Shown here: positions 18,046 to 26,881 of the stretch, piece by piece
Position numbering within the stretch: the stretch's first letter is position 1
How the letters are laid out: every line of letters starts with the position of its first letter
IMG/VR virus record: IMGVR_UViG_3300031957_000171
Coordinates: 1-55,065 of that record
DNA length: 55,065 nucleotides
Reading direction: 5' to 3' (one strand)
DNA from: a virus
Lineage: Duplodnaviria; Caudoviricetes
Notes under the pieces: model-generated
The model's input: only the letters and a program-made list of their open reading frames with translations
The model's database searches: none
Told to the model about the DNA's origin: nothing
Program-made: the position numbers and the translations under genes

Positions 18046-19022
18046 GCACTTTCTGCCCATACTTCTGACCAGCTACCACTCAATGCACCCTTTGCATAGT
18101 CAGTAGAGTGGTTCTCAAAGAAGTTAGTATGAGTAGGTGCATTAATCATAGTCTCTACCCAAGGCAGAGGATTACGTTTGACCTTAAAGATACCCTTCAT
18201 ACCCATAGAGATAAGCCTACGGTCTGCAATGTACCTGATGTATTCCTTTACTTCAGTATCCCTAAGACCTTCTACCTTACCCATCTTAAATGATAGGTCT
18301 ACAAACTTATCTTCTAGGTCAACCATAGTCTCTGCAATGCTATAGATGGTTGACTTGGTTTCGTCGTTCCACTCCTCACGGTTCTCTTCGATGTAAGTTC
18401 TAAAGAGTTGGATCATACCCTCTGCATGTTGTGTCTCATCTACAATAGACCACGTTACAATCTGTCCCATGCCCTTCATCTTACCATGACGTGGAAAGTT
18501 AAGCAACATAATAAAGCTAGAGAACAATGCTAGCCCCTCAGTAAAGGCAGAGATAGCAGCAATCTTAATAGGCAAAGATATTTTCTTACTGTTTACATTA
18601 GCCATAAAGTACTCATGCTTCTCACGCATGGCATCGTACTCCAAGAACTCATTGTATGTAGAGTCAGGCATACCCAGTGATTCAATCAAGTGTGAGTAGG
18701 CTGCAATGTGTAGTGCTTCCCTAGCAGCAAAGCCTGACAACATCATACGTACTTCAGGCTGTGGGAAGTTAGGTAGGTAATTATCAATGTACCCACCAGC
18801 TACATCAATGTCAGACTGAGTAAAGAACCTAAAGATATTAGTTAAGAAATACTTCTCTTCAGTAGAGAGGGTATTCTTCCAGTCTTTAATGTCTTCCATC
18901 ATAGGTACTTCAGTGTGCAGCCAGTGAGACTGCTCATGTTTCAACCACAGGTCATACGCCCACGGGTAGTGAAACGGTTTGAAGTAGTCACGTTTATCTT
19001 GAAGCTTTAATTTACTGGTCAT
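18042..19022 (-). CDS. nrdB: Ribonucleotide reductase class I beta subunit
   Basis: FFTQSD, EALH...Y (radical Tyr), TEG..LF, DETQH; start adjusted to MTSKLK with upstream GAGG. Confidence 0.95.
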   Translation of the reverse strand: MTSKLKLQDKRDYFKPFHYPWAYDLWLKHEQSHWLHTEVPMMEDIKDWKNTLSTEEKYFLTNIFRFFTQSDIDVAGGYIDNYLPNFPQPEVRMMLSGFAAREALHIAAYSHLIESLGMPDSTYNEFLEYDAMREKHEYFMANVNSKKISLPIKIAAISAFTEGLALFSSFIMLLNFPRHGKMKGMGQIVTWSIVDETQHAEGMIQLFRTYIEENREEWNDETKSTIYSIAETMVDLEDKFVDLSFKMGKVEGLRDTEVKEYIRYIADRRLISMGMKGIFKVKRNPLPWVETMINAPTHTNFFENHSTDYAKGALSGSWSEVWAESA

Positions 19023-19173
19023 AGTATGGCCTCTTTCCTCTGTTGTCTTTCCACTGCCTTGGTATGCCCTCTTCGTGATCAAAAGTATAGTGGCTGTTCC
19101 ACATAGCACAAGATATACTAGTAAAAATTCCGTATCCCTTTGATCTTAAGTGACAGTACCACTTGTATATCAT
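19012..19173 (-). CDS. Small hypothetical protein between nrdA and nrdB
   Basis: ATG just after nrdA stop with GAGG; 53 aa MIYKWYCHLRSKG... Confidence 0.45.
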   Translation of the reverse strand: MIYKWYCHLRSKGYGIFTSISCAMWNSHYTFDHEEGIPRQWKDNRGKRPYYDQ

Positions 19174-19174
19174 A

Positions 19175-20974
19175 CTAACCCTCACAAGCCAAACACTCCT
19201 CACCAGAAGCAAGTGCTTCCATATCAATCTCTTGTATAATCTCTCGTTCAATCTTACGTGATACCTTGTCAGCCTTGCCAATCTTTTCAGAACGGCAGTA
19301 GTACATAGTCTTGACCCCTTTCTTCCATGCCATGAAGTGTACAGCATGTAGGTAGGTGATGTTTGCATCTGGCCTAAAGAAAACATTGAGTGACTGAGAC
19401 TGATCAATATATTCCTGCCTATCAGCAGCATGTTCAATCACCCACCGCTGATCAATCTCCATAGAAGTCTTGTATATCTCTTTCTCTTGATCGTCCAAGC
19501 AGCGTAGGTGCTGCACTGAACCATCGTTAGCAATGATTGAAGACCAGATACGATCATAGTTTAAGTTAATATTCTCTTCACACTTATCTTTAATAAGCTT
19601 ATCTAAGAACTTGTTTTTATTCAAGAAAGAACCACTCAAGGTATCCTGTCTGTAGGCGTTAGCTCTCCACGGTTCAATAGATGGAGAAGTATTGCCCATG
19701 ATAATAGAGGAAGAAGCATTAGGTGCAATAGCCATGACATGACTACACCTTAGTCCAGTGCCTTGAGCATCAGGAGCCTCGCCTCTCTCACGTCCAAGCT
19801 CAAGGTTGGCTGAGTCAAGCCCTGATCTAATGTGTCTAAACATTTTCATGTTTGAAGACTTAGCCAAGGCAGATTCAAAAGGCATACCCTTCTTCTGTAG
19901 GTAAGCATGAAAACCCAAGGCTCCAACACCTACACTACGTTCACGCATTGCTGAATATTTAGCACGGCTAATACTATCAGGAGCATCTTCAATAAACTTA
20001 CTCAGAGTATTATCCAACATCTCCAGCACATCTTTAAGAAAGCCTTTGTCTTTAGACCACTCATCAAAGTATTCTAGGTTAAGAGAAGACAAGCAGCATA
20101 CAGCAGTCCGATCCTTATTAGTTGGTAGTATAATCTCTGAACATAAGTTAGACTGATTAATCTCCAAGCCAAGCTGCTTCAACCATACCGGCATCTTCTC
20201 ATTGGATGTATCAATAAAGTGTAGGTATGGCTCGCCTGTTTGCATACGCATCTCTAAGATACGCTGCCACATATCCCTTGCTGATACAGTCTCTTTAATT
20301 TCTTTTGTATGTGGATCACGTAGGTTCCAGCTGTCATCTACATTGGGATCAGTCATGCAATCTTCAATAAGCTGCATAAACTTATTGCTGATATTAATAC
20401 CATGGTGGAGGTTCAAACATCTAAAGTTTTGATCACCAGTAGGCTTACGCATTTCCAAGAACAAGATAATATCAGGGTGATCTATGTCTAGATAGGCAGC
20501 ATAGCTTCCCCTACGTGTACGTCCCTGACGGTAGGCTAGGCTGGAGGCATCATACATCTTTAGATGTGGCATCATACCCGTTGACTTGTCATCAGCAGAA
20601 CGAATACCAAAACCAATACCTACACCACCACCATACATGGACAGCCAGTTAGTCTCTGATAGATTGTTTACTAACCCTTCAGCAGTGTCATCAATGTAGT
20701 TAAGGTAACACGAGATGGGTAGCCCACGCTTGGACCTACCGTAAGATAGTATAGGAGTAGAGTAAGACAACCAATGCTTAGAGGCATAGTCATAAAGTCT
20801 TTGGGCGTGATCGTTATCAGTAGAAAATGTTTTAGATACAAAAGCAAATCTCTCTTGCGGAGACAACTCATTATCCATCATGTAAGATTCTTTAAGCCTA
20901 GCAATACCAAGCTCATCAAACAAATGATCTTGTGCGGGGTTGATGTTGATGCCAAGGTGGGTCATTTGAGGCAT
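19175..20974 (-). CDS. nrdA: Ribonucleotide reductase class I alpha subunit (no obvious ATP cone)
   Basis: PISCY, SNLCSEI, AIAPNASSS, TMYY, C-terminal CLAC. Confidence 0.95.
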   Translation of the reverse strand: MPQMTHLGININPAQDHLFDELGIARLKESYMMDNELSPQERFAFVSKTFSTDNDHAQRLYDYASKHWLSYSTPILSYGRSKRGLPISCYLNYIDDTAEGLVNNLSETNWLSMYGGGVGIGFGIRSADDKSTGMMPHLKMYDASSLAYRQGRTRRGSYAAYLDIDHPDIILFLEMRKPTGDQNFRCLNLHHGINISNKFMQLIEDCMTDPNVDDSWNLRDPHTKEIKETVSARDMWQRILEMRMQTGEPYLHFIDTSNEKMPVWLKQLGLEINQSNLCSEIILPTNKDRTAVCCLSSLNLEYFDEWSKDKGFLKDVLEMLDNTLSKFIEDAPDSISRAKYSAMRERSVGVGALGFHAYLQKKGMPFESALAKSSNMKMFRHIRSGLDSANLELGRERGEAPDAQGTGLRCSHVMAIAPNASSSIIMGNTSPSIEPWRANAYRQDTLSGSFLNKNKFLDKLIKDKCEENINLNYDRIWSSIIANDGSVQHLRCLDDQEKEIYKTSMEIDQRWVIEHAADRQEYIDQSQSLNVFFRPDANITYLHAVHFMAWKKGVKTMYYCRSEKIGKADKVSRKIEREIIQEIDMEALASGEECLACEG

Positions 20975-20977
20975 TAG

Positions 20978-21328
20978 TTATTCTCCTTTATTGTATTCCA
21001 TTTGTAGTATCATTTGTGCGTAGTGAATTACTTTACGTATGTCTTGCTCACCATCACCTTTTGTTCTGTGACGTGTAATATACTTAACAACATTGCCCTC
21101 AAGAAAGTCAAGCCCGTTAGAATAAATATACTCTACGGGCTGTATGCCACAATCTTTATAGTGACTGCCTCCTACTTGTTTATCTAATGATCTTCCCACT
21201 TGTTTACCTAATGATCCTCCCTTAGTTCCGTTTTCAAAGTAGTAATCTTCTTCTTTAGGTAATCCTTCTCTATCTTCACGCATCTTTCGTAGAATATATC
21301 TTTCTCTTCCTTCAGCCATCCACTTCAC
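20978..21328 (-). CDS. DUF3310-like protein
   Basis: QVGGSHY...QPVEYI...GNVVKY..R...K....DI.K. Confidence 0.8.
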   Translation of the reverse strand: MKWMAEGRERYILRKMREDREGLPKEEDYYFENGTKGGSLGKQVGRSLDKQVGGSHYKDCGIQPVEYIYSNGLDFLEGNVVKYITRHRTKGDGEQDIRKVIHYAQMILQMEYNKGE

Positions 21329-21330
21329 GC

Positions 21331-21525
21331 CTACTTCCTTTTAGCTTTTCTAAGCTTTCTAGTACAAGACTCAATCCAATTAGAAAAAGTGTTTGTAAAC
21401 AGACATGGGGACACAGCGTGGATTATCAACGCCAGCCCAACTGCTATACCTTCTCCTAACAGGCTTAAAGAAAACAAGAAATGTTCTTTGTATGTCATGT
21501 TAACATCATTCAAATGTTTATTCAA
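21331..21525 (-). CDS. DUF6356-like small membrane protein
   Basis: HL.....TY.EH...IHA..P.LF...S pattern. Confidence 0.6.
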   Translation of the reverse strand: MNKHLNDVNMTYKEHFLFSLSLLGEGIAVGLALIIHAVSPCLFTNTFSNWIESCTRKLRKAKRK

Positions 21526-21898
21526 GTTCTTTTCTCCTTAGTAAAAGATTTAGTTTATGTCTTACTTCTTTATTGTTGTCTGAGTTAATAACATAAGATG
21601 CAAACTCCCTAACCTTATTAGGATTAAGGTCAGCGTAGTCACATATAAACTCAAAGTTTTCACTGGTCACACCTATAGAAGCGAAGAACCAATTGGTAGC
21701 TTCTCTTCTTAGAGATGTAATACTACTTGATTCAGTAATACTTTTAGACTTAGTTGCATCCAATAGAGCTTGGTATATAACAGATAAGAATAAAATATTG
21801 TTTGAATCTTTTTTACTTTCTTCCTGTAACTCTAGTATATTATTTATATTTTGTTGGTTCATCCTCAAACTCTTGTACTGGCCTGTAGAACTTACCAC
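21518..21898 (-). CDS. Hypothetical phage protein
   Basis: LF..VI.QAL.D / A..WF / F..IC..A.L.P pattern; real start probably MNQQN. Confidence 0.55.
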   Translation of the reverse strand: MVSSTGQYKSLRMNQQNINNILELQEESKKDSNNILFLSVIYQALLDATKSKSITESSSITSLRREATNWFFASIGVTSENFEFICDYADLNPNKVREFASYVINSDNNKEVRHKLNLLLRRKELE

Positions 21899-22268
21899 CT
21901 ACATAGTTATTATAATATGCCGCTTCGTCTGTACCTTCTAAGACAGAAGACAGTACATTATATTTCATCTGGTAGTATAGCTCATAGTATTTTAGGCTTC
22001 TTTTATTTTTAAACTCAGCTATAATTTCAAACTTAAAACTTCTCTTGCCTAACTTTTTAATATCTTCTAGCAGTGACTTAGAAGAACCCATATAAATAAG
22101 CCAGTTAGATTCTCTTTTGGTTGGTGCAGTACTACCCTTCTTTCTTTTCACTGGGTGCCAATACTGCTTGCAACCTACATAAGCTTTGCCTGTTTTCTTA
22201 TTTGTAATAAGATAGACAAACCCAAAGTGTTTCTTTGGATTTGGTTTCTTACTATATTTCCAGTGCAT
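21840..22268 (-). CDS. GIY-YIG endonuclease
   Basis: GFVYLITN..TG..YVG.K; Y.GSS; YYN. Confidence 0.8.
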   Translation of the reverse strand: MHWKYSKKPNPKKHFGFVYLITNKKTGKAYVGCKQYWHPVKRKKGSTAPTKRESNWLIYMGSSKSLLEDIKKLGKRSFKFEIIAEFKNKRSLKYYELYYQMKYNVLSSVLEGTDEAAYYNNYVGGKFYRPVQEFEDEPTKYK

Positions 22269-23126
22269 TTAGGTAGTTACTTCCTCAACGTCAGGCGTCT
22301 TAACAACTTCAACCAACTCTCTTGTACCATTTGAGTACTTAAAAGTACGTATCCCTTTACCTTGGTTAGCATCAGACCAACACATACTCTTGTGTCTACA
22401 ATAAACACAACCAACAGCAAGCTTAAGGTTACCAGACTTCCCATCAGGAACAGCAGCATAGCACTTAGAAGGTATGCTGCTTCCCTTAACAACTTCTTTA
22501 AGGTGCTTAATCCTGCTACTAGCATTGACCATCTCCATAGAGTGTACTGGTGTTAAACAAATCTTACCAGTAGATTTATCTATAACAAGAAAGGCTGCTT
22601 CAGCTATACCATTGGCTTGAGCATAGGAAGATATCTGTGCCATGTATCCAAAGGGATCGTCGTCAGCTATTGTATTAGACTCAAACTTTTTAAAGCTGAA
22701 TCCAGAAGCAGACTTACAATCAACCAGAACCCCATCAATAACTGCATCCTGATGACCCAGTACTCCTTCTACTGTAACTTCTTTCTGTTGATCTTCTACT
22801 GTGTGACCTGCTATAGATGCACAGAGTAGTAGAAGTTCTTCAAGAATATATCCATATAGAAATTTAATGCGTGTACTTGGTGGTAGTTTTTCTTCTGTCG
22901 TTTCTGTATTAACATCATACCATAATTGTCTATCAGGCTTTCCTATTGCAGACAGCCTAAGATTTCCATTGCTCCTTGGTTTGCTGTACATAAATTCTTT
23001 GATGTGAACCTTAAGCATCTCACCAAAGTTATCTATGAGATCATCTACTTCTTTCTCATCACGCTCTATAGGTGTGAGATTAAATAACTCATAGATATCT
23101 TCTACTATTGTATTAATATTTTTCAT
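22269..23126 (-). CDS. PD-(D/E)XK Cas4-like exonuclease
   Basis: LRLS.IG..R.LWY, GHQD......DCK, Y..Q...Y, C-terminal Cys cluster. Confidence 0.8.
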   Translation of the reverse strand: MKNINTIVEDIYELFNLTPIERDEKEVDDLIDNFGEMLKVHIKEFMYSKPRSNGNLRLSAIGKPDRQLWYDVNTETTEEKLPPSTRIKFLYGYILEELLLLCASIAGHTVEDQQKEVTVEGVLGHQDAVIDGVLVDCKSASGFSFKKFESNTIADDDPFGYMAQISSYAQANGIAEAAFLVIDKSTGKICLTPVHSMEMVNASSRIKHLKEVVKGSSIPSKCYAAVPDGKSGNLKLAVGCVYCRHKSMCWSDANQGKGIRTFKYSNGTRELVEVVKTPDVEEVTT

Positions 23127-23135
23127 AATAAGAGA

Positions 23136-23172
23136 GGGGTGCTACACTAACCCTATAAAAATGTAGCACCCC
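23136..23172. other. Intergenic hairpin downstream of ssb
   Basis: ggggtgctaca...tgtagcacccc 11-bp stem, no U tract. Confidence 0.6.
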
Positions 23173-23180
23173 ATCCTCAC

Positions 23181-23672
23181 TTAGTTACCAAAGGGAATGT
23201 CGTCTGATTCAAGATCAGCCATTTGAGAGGCAGCGTCATTAACATAGCCACCTTCCACAACATCAAAGTCTTTATCCATAGCATACTCAATAAACTCAAC
23301 TACTTGAACTGCTGCAAGATCAGCAGACACACCCGCCTTACCTGCATAGTTCCACTCAAAGGGGAGTGCTTTTACTGTAACCACACTACCATTCCCAATA
23401 AGTTTATTATCCCAAGGATTATTTTGGGAATCCACTACCGTAGGTGCTGAACGTGGACCGTTCTTACCCTGCACCTTACGTTTCAACGTGACAAATTCAC
23501 CACGTTCATCTTCTTTGTTACGTACATTCAGACCTGCACCTTCTACTAAAGCTTTTGAATCTGCATCAAGACAGAGATCAACTTGCCAAGCAGGTTCAAA
23601 CGTGCTGTTAGGCTCTACGACAGAGGCCCAATAGCATTTACCAGTTAGATATAGAGGTTGAATTGGAGGCAT
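23181..23672 (-). CDS. ssb: Single-stranded DNA-binding protein (T7 gp2.5-like)
   Basis: IGNGS, AVQVVE, acidic tail ending DDIPF; start MPPIQ with AAGGA RBS. Confidence 0.8.
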   Translation of the reverse strand: MPPIQPLYLTGKCYWASVVEPNSTFEPAWQVDLCLDADSKALVEGAGLNVRNKEDERGEFVTLKRKVQGKNGPRSAPTVVDSQNNPWDNKLIGNGSVVTVKALPFEWNYAGKAGVSADLAAVQVVEFIEYAMDKDFDVVEGGYVNDAASQMADLESDDIPFGN

Positions 23673-23747
23673 ATTAATTTTCCTTGTGTTTAGCGCCACA
23701 CCATTGTGGCTGTTGATATTGTGTTTGTCTACTACTACAACTCCATC

Positions 23748-23776
23748 AGTATACACTACCTGATTTAGAGTGTCAA
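23748..23776 (-). promoter_or_regulatory. Sigma70-like promoter upstream of ssb
   Basis: TTGACA-N17-TATACT. Confidence 0.7.
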
Positions 23777-24231
23777 CTGTTGTTTTTGAAATTTTCTAAA
23801 TAATTTAAAGCCCTCCTTACATAATTAATATCATCTTGTAACCAACCAAGTGCTGAGTTACATTTATTACAAAGCCATCCTCTAAACTTACCACTACTAT
23901 GATCATGGTCTAATACCCAAGACCCTCTATTATATGCTTGGTATGCTGTATCTATTTTATTTTTTAAATCTTCTGAAGAGCTATTACAAATAGGACAGCA
24001 ATAATTATCAGGAGGAGGGGGTGTTGTTTCTTTTAACTTGAGAACAGTTCTTTGCGAGGCATAAGTACACTCACTACATACATTCATATATGATTTACTA
24101 CCATCTGTCCTACGCCAGTTACTTCCAAAAGAAGTTAGAGGTTTTACATTATTACATTTTACACATGGCTTAGTTACGGCATCAGGTCGTATAGATTTAT
24201 TACTGTTAAAAAGTTCAAGTTGATCTGTCAT
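23773..24231 (-). CDS. Endonuclease VII-like protein
   Basis: CxxC pairs, VLDHDH..G..RGWLC..CN..LG; start coupled to polA stop. Confidence 0.85.
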   Translation of the reverse strand: MTDQLELFNSNKSIRPDAVTKPCVKCNNVKPLTSFGSNWRRTDGSKSYMNVCSECTYASQRTVLKLKETTPPPPDNYCCPICNSSSEDLKNKIDTAYQAYNRGSWVLDHDHSSGKFRGWLCNKCNSALGWLQDDINYVRRALNYLENFKNNS

Positions 24232-25865
24232 CAGTGTGTCTCTGCCCATGTCTTACCAACTTTATAATCACAGTCTAATTCACACTTCATCTTCAGTGTC
24301 TTTGTTGTCTGTGTCATTGCCTCCTTTGTTAGCCTACAAAATCTTTCTATGTCAGGGATAGCTACTTCAAACTGATACTCATCGTGTATTGAGGCAACTA
24401 ACCTCGCATCTAATTTAGTTTTAATAACTCGTTCCATGATATGAACAAGCCACTGCTTACATACTATAGCACCAGCACCCTGTAGTAAAGTATTAAGTGC
24501 TGCATGTTCTGATCTAATATGTAATAGCCTACCATCCAAAGCAGGGATTGTACCACTGGCAGCTTCTTTACTCACCCACATCCTAAGATTTTTAAGTGCT
24601 GGCATGTTACTCAAGAACTTAGTTATCAACTGTTGTCCCTGCTTGGCATTGCCGCCTACTACCTTACCAATCTTGGCTGCACCAGCCCCATAGAGCCACG
24701 CATAGATAAATGTCTTGGCTTGATCCCGTGTCTTCAGACCTGCTCTTTCTTGATTAGCTGTATGTACATCACCTGTTAATACAATGTTGGTATACTCAGG
24801 GTCATTCATATAGTGTGCCAAGCATCTTAGTTCAAGGCCGCTGGCGTCCACACCTACCAAGCGATACTTAGATACATCATCAACTGTCCATAGTCCTCTG
24901 CATTCTCTACCGTAAGGGCTATAGACAGCGGGAACTTGTGCCATATTAGGAACTGCATGTGCCATCCTTCCTGTTATAGTACGTAGTGTCATAACACTAC
25001 CACGTACTCGGTTATCTTCTTGACACGCCATTATCCAAGACTTTATTAGGCCAGTACGTTTCTGCAATAGAAAATATCTATTAAACATCTTGGCTTCAGG
25101 TAACTTAATCTTAGACAAGACTGCTTCATTAATAATTACATTACCTTTCTCAGTCATCTGAGTAGGCTCCCACCCTTTAGCTTGTAGTCTATCAGCTATC
25201 TGCTTACGACTTGCTATATTGAAGGGTATGTATTTAGTCTTAGTCTTTAATACTACTTCAGTTGGTTCAAAGTCTTCTTCTGCCTTACGTTCTAGTCCAT
25301 GTAACTCATCTTGCAACTGAGCCTGTAAGATCATAGCTTCTTGTATCTTAAATGCAAAGCCATTCTTCTTCTGCTTATCTAAGATAGCTCTGACCTTACA
25401 CTCTAACTCGTAAGCTCTAGGGTTAAAAGCTTTACCTTCTTTCTCTAGCTCCTGTGCTACGTGACGGGTAACCTCTGTGTCACGCTTACAATACTCCAAC
25501 ATCTCAGGAGAGTAGTGTGCAAAGTCATGGAAGTCACCCTTCTCAAAGCCAAGGGTCTTACCCCAAGCTTCAAGAGAGTGACCACCATCACGTATAGGAT
25601 TATAAAGCTGAGACTCAATGAGAGTATCTCTTATTTGACTAAGCTTTATATTACATCCAAGTAAACGATTGAGGACAGGAGCATCGAAGCTGATACCATT
25701 GTGCATAATAAAGGTATCAATTTGCTGCGACCAACTAACAAACTCCGAACACTCCTGTCCCACCCACGCCTTAATCTTATTACCTTCATAACTCCTTGCT
25801 ACGATACAATGTATCTTTGTTGCATTCAAACTATCTGTTTCAATATCAACTATAGCTGTTGTCAT
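24231..25865 (-). CDS. polA: DNA polymerase family A (T7-like, 3'-5' exonuclease + polymerase)
   Basis: DIET, HNGISFD, YC.RD; DASGLELR, KTFIYAWLYG, IHDE. Confidence 0.95.
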   Translation of the reverse strand: MTTAIVDIETDSLNATKIHCIVARSYEGNKIKAWVGQECSEFVSWSQQIDTFIMHNGISFDAPVLNRLLGCNIKLSQIRDTLIESQLYNPIRDGGHSLEAWGKTLGFEKGDFHDFAHYSPEMLEYCKRDTEVTRHVAQELEKEGKAFNPRAYELECKVRAILDKQKKNGFAFKIQEAMILQAQLQDELHGLERKAEEDFEPTEVVLKTKTKYIPFNIASRKQIADRLQAKGWEPTQMTEKGNVIINEAVLSKIKLPEAKMFNRYFLLQKRTGLIKSWIMACQEDNRVRGSVMTLRTITGRMAHAVPNMAQVPAVYSPYGRECRGLWTVDDVSKYRLVGVDASGLELRCLAHYMNDPEYTNIVLTGDVHTANQERAGLKTRDQAKTFIYAWLYGAGAAKIGKVVGGNAKQGQQLITKFLSNMPALKNLRMWVSKEAASGTIPALDGRLLHIRSEHAALNTLLQGAGAIVCKQWLVHIMERVIKTKLDARLVASIHDEYQFEVAIPDIERFCRLTKEAMTQTTKTLKMKCELDCDYKVGKTWAETH

Positions 25866-25869
25866 TTCT

Positions 25870-26082
25870 TTATAAACCTACTCCTGTTACCCAATTTTCA
25901 GCAGCATCTTCTACATAATGTTCACTTTTATCTTTAATGACTATCAGCTTTTCTAATTTATTATCTATAAAACATTCTACTGTATAGGCACCATCGGATT
26001 GATGATGAATAAAGGCTGATCTACAACTGTACTCTTCACACCCATAGTATTTATGTAATGGCTCACCGTCTATTGGTTTCAT
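25870..26082 (-). CDS. Hypothetical protein
   Basis: ORF tiling the operon. Confidence 0.55.
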   Translation of the reverse strand: MKPIDGEPLHKYYGCEEYSCRSAFIHHQSDGAYTVECFIDNKLEKLIVIKDKSEHYVEDAAENWVTGVGL

Positions 26083-26546
26083 TAGTCTACCTTAATGAGA
26101 CAAGCATCCTCCACTGGAATGTGGAAGAACTTTTCTCCCTCTCTAATGTTTCTATTAGACACTTCTTTTACCTCGCAGTCAAGTAAAATATTTGCGTCAA
26201 TATGCCATGCCTGTTTGCAATCGCTACGCCATACTATAAATGTAAAGAGGGCATCAGGATACTGCTCTTTCCACTTAAGTAGCAAGCGGTTCTTGCGGTA
26301 AGGGATACGTACTTCTTTCCAACTAGGGTTCCAATCTCCCTTCCAAGAATACTTAACCTCCACTTCATAGAGGTGGTGTGTTTCTTCTACTGCCTTGCAA
26401 ATAATATCAAAGTCTTTTCGTTCTGTAGTATCAATAGTAGTGTAGTTCATATCTTTAATATACTTTAAGGTAGCTTTCTTAGCATCAGTGTCAGCTACTT
26501 CATACAAAGCTCTGTCAAAAGGTTTACGTTTACCCATCGTAGTCAT
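26082..26546 (-). CDS. Putative PD-(D/E)XK nuclease-fold protein
   Basis: FDII...YEVEVK; start adjusted to MTTMG with GGAG RBS. Confidence 0.55.
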   Translation of the reverse strand: MTTMGKRKPFDRALYEVADTDAKKATLKYIKDMNYTTIDTTERKDFDIICKAVEETHHLYEVEVKYSWKGDWNPSWKEVRIPYRKNRLLLKWKEQYPDALFTFIVWRSDCKQAWHIDANILLDCEVKEVSNRNIREGEKFFHIPVEDACLIKVD

Positions 26547-26665
26547 TATTCTTCTCCATTCTGTTCTGTTTTTGTTTCTCATAATTTTTCATAGCGTTTT
26601 TTATAAGTATTTTGACCATTACTTTTTTTGTTTTTTTTGGTGAGTGCGCCACTGCTCATCCTCCT

Positions 26666-26881
26666 TTATAGCTCATTCATTTGATCGTGTTTATATCTTT
26701 TGGTTTCAGATAAATCATATTCAATAATTTCTAAAGCATCGTTAGGAAGATTATATTCATTTATAAATCTTGTTCTACATCTTTTAGCAGCACTTTTTCT
26801 TTCCCAAATAAGTCCTTGCATGTTTTTATTCTTATAAAATTTATTTAATTTAGGACTATATACTTTCCAAGCTTTACTCAT
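26666..26881 (-). CDS. Hypothetical protein
   Basis: ORF coupled to helicase stop (ATGA); AT-rich. Confidence 0.5.
   Translation of the reverse strand: MSKAWKVYSPKLNKFYKNKNMQGLIWERKSAAKRCRTRFINEYNLPNDALEIIEYDLSETKRYKHDQMNEL

Noticed and set aside
26575-26660. Homopolymer tract as phase-variation or frameshift site
   Set aside because: T9/T6 runs in a short 26-codon ORF with no recognisable product; no support for function.
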